DNA of 64,000 bases from Isurus oxyrinchus (lineage: Eukaryota): assembly GCA_026770705.1 (NCBI GenBank), contig JANJGN010000150.1, forward strand, positions 1 to 64,000, given 5' to 3'. The notes beneath the pieces are model-generated. The model made no database searches. It was not told where the DNA came from and was given only the letters and a program-made list of their open reading frames with translations. This document shows positions 49,401-62,087 of the stretch, in pieces; position 1 is the stretch's first letter, and each line of letters opens with the position of its first letter. The position numbers and the translations under genes were made by a program.

Positions 49401-50330
49401 GGCTTGCTCGTCTGGTTCAGTCACACCTGAATCAGGAAACCAGAGCTCTGTTTGCTGTTTAAACATCCTGAATTCAGATAGTTGGACCGCTACATCCCAG
49501 TTCAAACTGGGTAATTTCATGGACATTCTGACAATATTCCTTTGACCTTCCTTCTCCTACAGGACCTGGGATGAGTGTCGCTTTAGCCCCTTTCGTGTGC
49601 TTTTCCGAAGCTCCGCCCACGAAGACGGGTTGTGGCAGGAACACACCACGGAGTAATGGAGTCTTTGTTTTTTATTCAATTTGCTGTTCGGCAATCTCGA
49701 AGCCGCCCGTTATAATCACTAACTTCTCTGGCCTGATTTTTATAATGGTTTTTGTGTGTTTGACTCTCCCTCGCTCACTATCGATCCAGCCCACACCCTG
49801 GTCACTCGCCTTCCCTGACTGAGCTAACCCGCTGCTGGTCCTGGCGATACACACTGTCCCACTCACTGACCTACAGGCCGTGTGCTGTACTCTCACCACG
49901 AGGGATCCGTCTGCTCCCCAGCTCTTTACTTGAGCTGTTTCCCGTCACTGTGTCTTAAAGGATTCCTGAGCAGTCAGTACACTGCGATTTCAACCCTCTC
50001 TGATGCTGTGTCTCTGTTGTGGTCTGACCAAAGCGTCGAGGGTCGTCTCATGTCATGTAGCTCGATCTCAGGCTGTTCACCACGTCATACCTGTACTGAA
50101 TCTTGCTGCCAGAATGTTTGGCCACCGCTGATCACCATGTTGTGTTTTTATAATGATATAAAGGCACCAGCCACTGATATGGAATTAGGTAAATACATTG
50201 TGGGTTCAGTTATTTAGAACAGGGACATGAGAACAGATATACAAGGATAGAAAGCTGGGAGACACCTGCAGCCAAACTGTGTGAGCTGTATTCTGCTCAC
50301 AGGCCAAAGTGAAACTTGGACTGGATGGTG
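46470..50330 (-). mobile_element. Decayed Ty3/Gypsy-like element in gene D intron (most complete of three copies)
   Basis: gag and Zn knuckle (48855-49526), protease KIDTGASANI (~48240-48265), integrase-like IHTVKSLILKC..HIAMLHLRSTP (~47130-47220). Confidence 0.78.
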
Positions 50331-52266
50331 TTATCATCCCAGCTGATGTTACTACTGGGCAAGTCAGATCCCAGGGTGGAACTCAGCTTGATAGGTCTTA
50401 ACTTTTATTTTTTATTTAGGAATGTGGAGTGTGGCTACTGAACAGAGTCACAGGAGTCATCTGATGAACTTCTAACAAAAGAATAAAACATTTATTAAGC
50501 TAGGAAAGACAAACTATATTACATTACTCATTCACCCAGACCTATACATTTACAGATTCATAAATAGAACACAAGTTACAATAGCTATCTTATACTCTCA
50601 TGTTCACACTAAGTGCACAGTCGATGTAAACCAATAGACGACCTGGGGTCAGGGACACCACATTCTGAAAGAAACTGACAGAACCCACTTGAAACAAATG
50701 CTATGTCTCCCTCCTCATCTGTCCCCAGACGCATGTTACACTGTGAGCCAACCAGTCTCACTGAACTGAGATATCCATATGAGGGTTTCCAATCCCCACT
50801 CTCCAAGAACTCGCTTTGGCATCTTCTCCAACATGACACTTTCACTCAGACACCTACCACAAGGCTCCACTTTCACTATTTCAAACTCTCCTTCCCATGT
50901 TCCTGTCCCCTGGATCGCCACGTGCATTCAGCCTTCCTTCCACGCCCTGTCTCTCCAATGCTCAGCCGTGTCAATGGTACACCATGGCTTCACATGGCCG
51001 TAGTAATGAGTCACCAACCTGTGGTGTTTCCTGGGATCTTCTGGCTTCTCACAAGCCTATTTTGCTTTAGGCCTGTGTCCTGCTGCTTTCTCCCTTTATG
51101 TTTGGAGCCTTGTTCTGCTCCTCACTCTTAACTTCACTTTACAGGGCCTTTTTCAGATTTGATAAGAACGTCTTCTTGGGCCCTTTCTCCTGTTCCACTC
51201 GATGGTTTTGGCTTCATCTTTACTTTGGGACTGACTATCTGTCCCGCTCCTTTGCTGCTTCTCCTGGCAACTCCTTTCAACAGAACTGAAAGTACTTTTC
51301 TGTTTTTCTCGGTCTCTGTGGGTCTTTCCGTCTGGACCACTGTTACTAGGCAACAGCACAGTTTATTCTAACTTGTGTTTGTTTTGACTTCCCTTCAAGA
51401 GTCATAAAAACTCATTAGATAGACGGCTTCTTCCAAAGTGAAACCAAAACTCGAGCTCCCCCTTTTCTAAACACCCAAATACAGAAATAAAAACTAAACT
51501 TGAACTGAAAGATATACCTTATGCCTAACGCACACAAATAGACAGAGAGCTTCCTTAAGCCAACCCTAGTTCCAAGAAATAACATGACACACTTCCCCTC
51601 GAGGGATGTCATGCTGCTGTCCCTGAAAGGCATATTACAACAGTGTTATCACTTGGCAGGTGATGTGTGCCAGGCAGACCAAGTCCCTGAGAGAAACCTG
51701 GTCACACTATCATAATGATTTTGCAATTTGTATTTATTATGAGATGTGCGCACTTAATTCAGAAGCAATAAGTCCACAAAGACCTTTAGAGATTTAAAAA
51801 AATAAATTAAATATTTGCCATCAAAATAAAAGATTTCAAGCACATACGTAAGACTACAATGACTGCTATAATGACTCCTAAAATTCCTAATTAACCTGTC
51901 TCCCAGTTACACTCCCTTTAAGGCAACAGACCAAAAATAGATGTTAGATTTAAAACAAACTCAGCAAGTTATCCCACTGCCCTGGACAATGGAATTCCAA
52001 ATGGATTTTCCCCAACTTCAGTTCTGTTGGATAGCAGGCTTGTGCACAAACAGGGTCCTGAGGACCATGAGCCAATGTAGAATGAACTTGTCCATTCCTG
52101 TGTCCAGGATTCTCTTCAATCTGTTGTGAAACCTTGGGGCATTCATTGTGAGACCTGTAGATTGTGCAGACTGCAGCCACTGTGCCCCAGTGACAGAAGC
52201 GGTGGATATTGAGTCTAGGGGATCGACAAAACATTCAGAGTTAAATATTGATATTTCTCGCCCTAG

Positions 52267-52632
52267 TTGGACTAACACAAGTGTGGAAAAGCGACACTCC
52301 ACAAGAGGTGACAGCGCAGGAAGGTTCTTGTGTACAGATTCCATGTCATTACGGTTATCCATCATATTTAGTAGCGAGATCACCTGTCGGAATCTGGTAT
52401 ATGAGAAGGAATTGGGAAACATTGTCTATAGCCTTTCACTCCAAGGATCACAGTCACGAGTTACCACGGTTCCACCATCGGACCCGGCTGTCTGGAGACC
52501 TGAAAGATGGTGACTGTTCCCTGATTATAGACAACATCAGACGGGAAGATGCAGGACCTTATTTTTTCAGAATAGAATTTGACAATGGTCCGAGCCATAA
52601 CTATTACCCTGAAACCCAGCTTCACGTTTCTG
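52267..52632 (+). CDS. Gene D exon: first V-set Siglec-like domain
   Basis: 366 nt, phase 1-1; VGLTQVWK..CVQIPC..GIWY..DCSL..YFFRIE. Confidence 0.9.
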
Positions 52633-53799
52633 GTAAGTGCTGTGTTATAATTACTCAACAATTCACATCCAACACTCAATGGGAAATAATAGTGTTTGAT
52701 TTGCTTGTTTTTTGGTCGTGTTAACCAGCGTCACTATTTTTAATGATTTGTCTATTTCTGCTCCCAGATCCATGAACTTATTGTGTGTGATTGAATCCAC
52801 ATCATAGCTGTAACGTAAACCGAGCTGAGGGGTGATGACACCTCCCCGCTGAGTGAAGTATCTCCTCCCCACTACACCTTCTACCCCTCACACTGTCCGT
52901 GTAAACCCCTGTCCCATCTCCAGCCTCTCTTTCCCCTCCAAAATCCTGCAACCTGTTTCCATCTCCCGAATCCGTTCCAGCATCGGCAGCCGTGCCTTCA
53001 ACTGCCTGGGACCCGAGCTCTGTAATACCCTCCCTCAACCCCTCTCCATACCTCTCTCTCACTCTCTCTATCTCTCTCGCACTCTCGCTCGCTATCCATT
53101 TCATCCCCCTTTTAAGATTCTCCATAACACCGACCTCTTCTGGCCAGCTGTCGCTAATATCTCCACATGTGTCTGGGTGACATATTTTGTTTTATGACGC
53201 TCCTGTGTAGCACCTTGCGGTGATTTGTCATGTTAAAGTTGTTGTGTAAATATAAGTAGTTGCCCTTTGACCCTCGACCCCAGATCGAGTCTTATTTTAG
53301 AGGGAATGTACAACCTCCTCAGATTTCTGACCAAAATGTCATTTGATTATTTTTATTGAGCGAATGCCAAGCCCCGATACCGAGCGAGAGCCTCCTCATT
53401 TGCGGAGTTTAAGGTGATGAGTCAGCCTCTTAGTCCGTAGAGGGGATTCTCCTCGGTAATGTGCAGCCTTGTTTGTGTCTCTCCACAAGCGCATGAGGGG
53501 TTTGTACAGAGGCTGCAGCGCTGGAGGGGGTCTGCACAAGGGTCCTGGCCTGTCCTGAGCCGGTTTTAGCAAGGACCACTCTGGCCTTGGCAGCTGAAAG
53601 CCAGCCATTGGACAGACGGGGCCTGTCACAAGGAGCCTGTTAGTCACTCCCCCCCGTGTCTCCTGTGCTCGGATCCAGACCATGTTGGCTGGTGGATCTG
53701 GCACAGGAAGGGTCCTCCCCATGGGACCCCCAGATGGAAGGTGGGTCGAGCGGGTCAGTCACTTGCATGTTTATTCTGCAGCTTTAATATTTTAAGATG

Positions 53800-54600
53800 G
53801 TAAGAATGTAGGAATATAAGAAATAGGGACAGGAGCAGGCCATTCGGCCCCTCGAGCCTGCTCTCACTGATCTGGTTGTGGCCTTAACTCCATTTTCCTG
53901 CCTGTCCCCCAAACCCTTGACTCCCTTGTCGATCAAAAACCTGCCTCACTCAGCCTTGAGTCTATTCAATGGCCCAGCCTCCACTGCTCTCTGGGGAAGA
54001 GAATTCCACAGGCTAGCGCCCCTCTGAGAGAGGAAATTCCTCCTCATCTCAGTCTTAAATGGGAGAGCCCTCATTCCGAAACTGTGCCCCCTGGTTCTAG
54101 ATTCCCCCACGAGGGGGAAACATCCTCCCAGCATCCACCCTGTCAAGCCCCCTCGGAATCGGATATGTTTCAATAAGGTCACCCCTCATTCTTCTAAACT
54201 CCAATGGATACAGGCCCAACCTGCTCAACATTTCCTCACAGGACAAACCCTTTAATCCCAGGAATCAGCCCAGTGAAGCTTCTCTGAACTGCCTGTACAC
54301 AATGTTCCTGTTACAATCTCACTAACGCCCTGTGCAGCTGTTGCAAGACTTCCCTCCTTTTATACTCCATCCCTTTGCAATAAAGGCCAACATTCCACTT
54401 GCCTTCCTCATTCCGTGGTGTTCCTGAATGCTGACTTTCTGTGATTCATGTACCAGGACACCCAGATCCCTCTGTACTGCATACTGCAGCCTGTCTCCAT
54501 TTAAATAATATCCTGTTTTTCTATTCTTCCTGACAATATAATTTGTTGCCATTCTCCTCAGTATTGACCATCCCCCCAATTCAGCCTCATCTGTAAATAT
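53800..54600 (-). mobile_element. 5'-truncated CR1 LINE (mirror of 3255-4095)
   Basis: Near-identical inverted copy. Confidence 0.85.
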
Positions 54601-54657
54601 CGGGTTCAGTGGATCCACAAACCATTCAGAGTTAAATATTGAGATTTCTCTCCCCAG

Positions 54658-55023
54658 CTGAACCCTCACAAGAGTGGAAAGGTGACACTCCACGAGAGGT
54701 GACAGTGCAGGAAGGTTCGTGTGTACAGATTCCATGTCATTACAGTTATCCATCATGTCTGGAAAACCAACCGCGAGGTGGAGTCTGGTTTAATAATGAG
54801 GAATGGAGAACATCGTCTATAGCCTTTCACTCCAAGGATCACAGTCACGAGTTACCACGGTTCCACCATCGGACCCGGCTGTCTGGAGACCTGAAAGATG
54901 GCGACTGTTCCCTGATTATAAACAACATCAGACGGGAAGATGCAGGACCTTATTTTTTCAGAATAGAATTTGACAATGGTCCGAGCCATAACTATTACCC
55001 TGTAACCCAGCTTCACGTTTCTG
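54658..55023 (+). CDS. Gene D exon: second V-set Siglec-like domain
   Basis: 366 nt, phase 1-1; AEPSQEWK..YPSCLE..GVWF..YFFRIE. Confidence 0.9.
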
Positions 55024-55882
55024 GTAAGTGCTGTGTTATAATTACTCAACAATTCATTTTCAACTCTCAATGGGAAATAACACAAACTGTGACGTTTACA
55101 CATTAACACAAAACACAGCTTGTTTTAACACATTGTCTGATTCTCAATAACCTGGTGATGGCTTCCAGTTTAGTCCTAAAGCAACATCTAATACTCACTT
55201 TAATATCAATGATGAAAAGCATTAACTGTATTATCAGGTTATCCACTCCCATCAATCTCTCCTGTCCTGTTTAAAAGGCTGACGTATCGATAAAAGAAAG
55301 ATGTGCATTTCTGCTGCGCAATTTACCACCTCAGGAGAATCCAAATCCCTTCACAGCCAATGAAATTATTCCTGAATTGTAGTCACAGATGTAAAACACA
55401 GCAGGCAGTTTGTGCACAGCAAGATCCAACAAACCACAAGGTGATAAATCACCCAGATCACTGAGGAAATGAGAAGCCAGTGAACTCAAACCTCTGGTCT
55501 GATGAAGAGTCATACGGACTCGAAACGTTAACCCTGTCTTCCTCTCCACTGATACTGTCAGACCTGCTGAGTCTTTCCAGCAATTTTTGTTTTGGTTTCA
55601 GATTTCCAGCATCCGCAGTATTCTGCTTTTAACTCCAATCTCTGGTCTGAGCCTCTTCTCTCATCCAGTGTTCTCAATTCACATGTCTCGGAGTGAACGT
55701 GTATTAAGCTGAGAGACAGAAACACTACTGCCAAAGAGCAAGAAAATCTTTCCTGATCATTGTAACCTCTCAGTTCTGATATCATCCTTGTAAAAGTGCT
55801 TTCTCTTGTGGGACTGTGATTTCTATTTGAACTGATGCTTCACGTTATATTTCTCTAAAAGGATCCATTCTCTGTCTGTTAG

Positions 55883-56179
55883 ATTTCACAGATAAACCCA
55901 CGATATTCCCTGCTGAAATTATTGCAGGAAAGCCTGTGGATGTAAGCTGCACCTTCAACACAACGTGCAATGGAACAGCAGCACCTGTCTTAACCTGGGA
56001 CACTCCCACTGACGTACCTGGATCAGTCTCAAACACTGTAACTCAGCATGGTGTCACTCTGACCTATACTTCTGTTCTGACCCTGATCCCATCACTCAAA
56101 CACCACGGACACACTCTCAGCTGCAGAGTGAGATATCCATCTGTTTCATCGGAGCGGACCCTCGTACTAACTGTGCAAG
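55883..56179 (+). CDS. Gene D exon: C2-set Ig domain
   Basis: 297 nt, ttag acceptor and gtaatt donor. Confidence 0.88.
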
Positions 56180-56502
56180 GTAATTACATACACCTTTCAT
56201 TCTACATCAGCACTCCCTCAGCGCTGACCCTCTGACAGTGCAGCCCGTTCTCAGTATCCACATTCTAAGGCCTCTCTAAGTGCTTCAAAGTCGATAGAAG
56301 TTAATTGATCTTTATATGATTATTGCTGAATGAAGAGACAAGCTGTCTAAACTTTACATCTCACACACACCATTCTCCATGGCAACACCTCCACCTATCA
56401 GAGACCACTTGCCAACCAATCAGCACTCTCTTCCCATTAAGTATAAATTGTTGTTCACTTTCTGTTGGTAATCCTGTGAACGGGCTTCTTGATTCCTGCC
56501 AT

Positions 56503-56655
56503 GACATCTGAATGTCCAAATGAACAGAACAAGTTCCAACAATGAGCTGTGGTTGGTGATTCCTCACATTACCTCCAGGGACACTGGAGACTATCAGTGT
56601 GTGGCAGAGAATGAACATGGAGCAGTGGATGGGTTCATAACCATCACTGTGGAAC
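56503..56655 (+). pseudogene. Gene D remnant of third Ig exon (3' half only)
   Basis: Same lesion as 17175-17327. Confidence 0.8.
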
Positions 56656-59105
56656 GTGAGTTACACAGACTTCAACATCTCTCTCAGATTTGAACACTAC
56701 ACAAACACCATCGAACATACACACCTAAATAGACACGTGCAGACACACATATATGACCACACACAAAGACACACTGACACACAAACACTAACACTCACTC
56801 CCTCATGGGTTACCTGACCTCCCTCACTACTGCACTGGAGAGTTAGCCTGAATTCTGGGATTTGTGTTCCCATTCATATTTATGGAAGAATATGGAAATT
56901 ACTATTACAGACACTCAGATGCTTAGAGGCTCTCACAGATACTCTCTGCGTCTCCAACTCTCTCTCTCCCTTTAAGAAGCTTCCTGAAACCTAACCCTTT
57001 GACGAATCACCAACCCAACTCCTCCTTATCTGATTCTGTGTGATTTTCTTTGTGTATCTGAGAGTAAGAGAGAGTTGGAGAGGTTTAGGAAGAGAATTCC
57101 TGCTGGTGAAAAGCTTACATAATGTTCTCACTATTTCCGTGCACATAATTCCCAGTATGTCCAAAGCCCCTGTTTATAATGATGACTGCCTATGTAAACG
57201 TCACGCTGTAGTTACAGCCTCTCACCAGTGGTGGCATTGTAGCCCTTAATCCTTGTGTTTCCCAGCTTTCCCAGCAACTCTACTTCCCAGTTTGCTACAC
57301 AAGCTGTGAGTTCATCAGAATTCAATTATTTCTCAAACGGTGGATTTGATGTCATGTTATTGAAAACTTCCTCAGTGCCTCCCTGAAGGGTTTACACTCT
57401 CCGGGAAGCAGGAATAGGCTGGATGTTGGGGAGTTCATCTTTTCCCAGAGAGTAGTGATCCTCGGGAATGTGCTGTCAGTGGGTGTGGTCGTTGCTGTTT
57501 CTCTGTCACCTTCAAGAGGGATCTGGAGTGGTTACTGACTGGGGGAGAGATCATGGAAGCGGAGAATGATACAGCACAGGAGGAGGCCATTCAGCCCATT
57601 GAGCCTGTGCCAGGTCTTTCAATGTTCTATCCCATCAGATCCACTAACCACCACTACACTTTGCCCCCATCTTCCTCCTTCAAGTGTTTATCCAATTTCC
57701 CTTTTGAAAGTTCTTATTGGATCTGCTTCCACCGCCCTTTCAGGCAGCACCTTCCAGATCACAACAACTCGCTCTGTCAAAACAAATTCCCCATCCAGTT
57801 CGTCAATCTGTGTCCCTCTGGTTACCGACCCTCATGCCCCTTAAATACATCGATACTGTTCACCTCAACCATTCCCTGTGGGAGCGAGTTCCACATTCTC
57901 CCCTCTCTCTGGGTAAAGATTGGAACTGTTTAGTAAGCGGGGGGTGTAAGTCCGTGGGGGAGTCCATCTCAATCCTGCCCGATTGAGCCAGTGAGCCAGT
58001 GTACAAACTCACACCAAGTCCCATTCACCCATCACCCCTGTGCTTACTGATACACACTGACCTCCTGTCTGACAGCAGAATTGGAGGAGAGCAGAGATCT
58101 CAGAGGTTTTTAGGGTTGGAGGAGGTTACAGTGATAGAGAGTGTAGAGGGGGGATGGTGGGGTAAGAAATCAATGATGAGAATTTGAAATTTGAGTCATT
58201 GCTGGACTGAGAGTTAGTGTAGGTCAGCCAGTGACAGGGCAGCGATCGGCTGAATAGAAAATCAGGGATAAAAACTGGGGGATGAGGTCTATCCTGATGT
58301 TAGGACTCGGATAACAATGACCTGAAATTTGTGTCCTTTGCTGCCTTTATTCAAAATTGCCCATGAAGACAACACAGCAGCTCCTAGAATAGACAGGCTG
58401 TTCAGTGTCACACTTCCTGTCCATTCTCACCATGCTAGATACTTCAATAAGGGAGCAAGATAACTGAAAGAGAGAGGGAAGGCAAAGCTGTCCGTGTGTA
58501 AAACTGTCAAATATTCTGAGTTATCATGATTGTTTCTGACCTGCTGCAGAGTTTAAATTTCACAGAATCTGAGCACTTTGCAGCTCAGAGAGAGACCATT
58601 GACTCACTGCCTGAAAGGGCGGTGGAAGCAGATTCAACAGGAACTTTCAGAAGGGGAACTGGATAAATACTTGAAGGGGACATTTTGCAGGGCTGTGGAG
58701 GAGAGAGCAGAGGTGAGAGTGGGACTAATTGGACAGATCTTTCAAAAGCCCAGCACAGGCTCGATGGGCCAAATGGCTTCCTTTTGTTCCCGATCATTCT
58801 ACAATCTGACAAATTAAGACCCACATCAATAACTCTTAAGGCTCCAGCTGCAGGGATGGATCTTTGAGAAGGACAGGGAACAAGAGGTTTCTGGTATCTT
58901 TTTCAATTTTATTGACAATTACATAACAGTATAGATTTGTTGAATATTTGAGTGTCTAAAGAGTAGAGGTAATCTGCACTTACGCCCAGATCTTGTGTTG
59001 GTAACCTTGTCTGGAGGTGTCTTTAAATGCTCACAGTGATCTGTGGGATTGTCATTCTTGGATGTTGTCCCTGGTTTCAATTGGCATTTTACCCTTGATG
59101 CAATT

Positions 59106-61905
59106 GGGGAGGCTTTAAACTAACATGGCAGGGGATGGGATCCAGAGAGGAGGTTCAGCAGAGGGAGATGCACAGCCAAAATTAGAAGAGAGAGCAAGTG
59201 AACCTGGAAGGCAGAGAAATTATTGGCCAGTTAAGGCACAAGATAGCGTGGCAAAGTTGGATTATATTTACTTTAATGCAAGGAGTCTGACGAATAAAGC
59301 AGATGAGTTGAGGGCACAAATAACACATGGATGTATGATGTCATTGCTGTCACAGACATGGATTAGAGAGGGGCAGGATTGGCCGCTCAATATTACAGGA
59401 TACAGGGTCTTCTGGCAAGACAGGGAAGGAGGTAAAAGAGGAGGGGGTATTGCAAGATTGATCAAGGAATCAGTTATTGCAGTGAGGAGGGAAGACACCT
59501 TAGGGGGCTCCTCAAATGAAGCCATATGGGTAGAACCTAAAAACAAATAAGGAACAATCAGCTTGCTGGGAGTGTTCTACAGGCCCAATGACACTCAGAG
59601 AAATAGAAGTGCAGATACAAAGGCAAAATTCAGAGAAGTATAAAAATAATCGGGTTGTAATGGTGGGGCTTTTCACCTTCCCCAACAATAACTGGGTTAG
59701 TCATAGTGTGATAGTTTTAGAGGGGGCAGAATTGTTAAAATGCATCCAGGAGAGATTTTTAAGCCAGTACATAGAAAATCCTACAAGAGAGGGGTCGGTC
59801 CTGGAGTAAATTTTAAGGAATGTAACCAGGCAAGTTGTAGACGTATCAGTGGGGGAGCATTGTGCAGATAGTGATCATCATTCCATTAGATTCTAGGTTG
59901 TTATGGAAAAGAACAAGGATGGGCCAGAAATCTGAGTTCTCAATTGGTGGAAGGCTGATTTTAATAAGATCAAATATGATTTGGCCAGAGTGGAACTGGG
60001 AGCAGCTACCTTTAGGGAAATCTGCGTCAGAGCAATGGGACTCATTCAGGAAGGAAGTGGGGAGAGTACAGGGCCAACATATTCCAGTAAAGGCAAAGGG
60101 TGGGACCAACAAATCCAGGGAATCCTGGATGTCGAGAGATTTACAGGATTGGATAAAGAGAAAAAGGGAGGCTTATGGCAGATACCAAGGGCTCAAAACA
60201 GTGGAAGCCTTAGAAGAGTATAGAATGTGTAGGGGGGACCTTAAAAAGAAAATTAGTAGAGCAAAAAGGGGCCATGAAGAAACATTAGCAGGAAAAATGA
60301 AGGAAAATCCAAAGTTATTTTACAAGTACATTAAGAGTAAGAGGATAACTAGGGAAAGAGTAAGGCCCATTAAGGACCATATTGGTAGTTTGTGTGTGGA
60401 ACCGGAAGATGTAGGTAGGGTTCAAAATGAACACTTTGTGTCAGTGTTCACAAGTGAGAGGGGCAATGTGGGTTTGGAAATCAGGCAGAAGGACTGTGAT
60501 ATAGTTAAAGAAATTAGAATAGAAAGGAACGAGGTTCTAAGTTGTCTGGCAGTCTCAAACGTAGATATATCTGCAGGCCCGGATGAAATGTATCTCAGGC
60601 TGTTGAGTGAGGCAAAGGAGGAGATAGCAGGGGTGCTGGCAATAATTTTCAATACATCTCTGGCCAGAGGAGAGGTACCAGAGGACTGGAGGACAGCCAA
60701 TGTGGTAGCGTTATTCAAGAAGGGAGGAAGGGATAAACCAGGGAACAACAGGTCAGTCAGTCTAACCTCAGTGGTGGGGAAACTATTGAAAGCAATTCTG
60801 AGGGACAGAATTAATCTACACTTGGAGAGGCAGGGATTAATCAAGGACAGTCAGCATGGTTTTGTTAAAGGGAGGTCATGTCTGACCAGTTTGATTGAAT
60901 TTTTTGAAGAGGTGACCAATTGTGTAGATGAGGGCAATGAATTTGACATAGTCAACTTGGACATCAGCAAGGCTTTTGATAAGGTCCAGCATGGGAGACT
61001 GTAAACGAAAGTAAGAGCACATGGGATCCAAGGGAATTTGGCAAATTGGATCCAGAATTGGCTGAGTGCCAGGAAGTAGAGGGTGATGGTCGACGGGTGT
61101 TTTTGTGACTGGATGCCTGTGTCCAGTGGGGTTCCACAGGGATCGGTGTTGGGTCCCTTGCTGTTTGTGGTATATATAAACGGTCTAAACTTGAATGTAG
61201 GAAGGTTGATCAGTGACTTCGCGGATGATATGGAAATTGATGGGGTGGTAAATAATGAAGAGGATAGCCTTAGATTACAGGGGGATATAGACGGGCTGGT
61301 CAGATGGGCTGATCAGTGCCAAATGGAATTTAACCTGGATAAGTGTGAGGTGATGCACTTGGGCAGGATAAACAAGGCACAGGAATAGACAATGAATGGT
61401 AGGACCCTGGAAAGTAACAAGGATCAGAGGGACCTTGGTGTGCATGTCCACCGTTCCCTTAAAGTAGTGGGACAGGTGGATAAGGTGGTTAAGAAGGCAT
61501 ATGGAATACTTGCCTTTATTAGCCGAGAGATAGAATATAAGAGCAGGGAGGTTATGCTGGAACTGTATAGAACACTGGTTAGGCCACAGCTAGAATATTG
61601 CGTGCAGTTCTGGAACCCACATTATAGGAAGGATGTGATTGCCCTAGAGAGGGTGCAGAGGAGATTTACCAGGATGTTGCATAGATTGAATCTGGAACTC
61701 ACTGCCTGAAAGGGTGGGAGAGGCAGAAACCCTCATAACATTTAAGAAGTATTTGGATGTGCACTTGTGATGCCATCGCATACAAGGCTTTGGGCCCAGT
61801 GCATTAATGGGATTAGAACAATTAGGTACTTGTTTGACCGACGCAGATTCGATGGGCCAAAGGGCCTTTTACTGTGCTGTGGACCCCTGTGAATCTATGA
61901 CTCTA
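59106..61905 (+). mobile_element. CR1 LINE ORF2 (endonuclease + RT), decayed
   Basis: YFNARSLTNKADEL (endonuclease), SQHGFVKGRSCLT, LDISKAFDKV, GVPQGSVLGP and FADD; CR1 tail ending ctatgactctatg. Confidence 0.93.
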
Positions 61906-62087
61906 TGGGCTGAATTTCCTGCCTGTCGGGCGGGTGGGCCTGAATATTTAAATGAGGCAGGATGATGTCAGGGTTTCCTCCTGATGTCATCCCGCATCAT
62001 CATAGTGTCGCTGAGCAGGCCCTGCCCCCTGCTCGCCAACGGGAAAATTCAGCCCGATGACTCCATGCAACAGGACTGTACAGTGAT

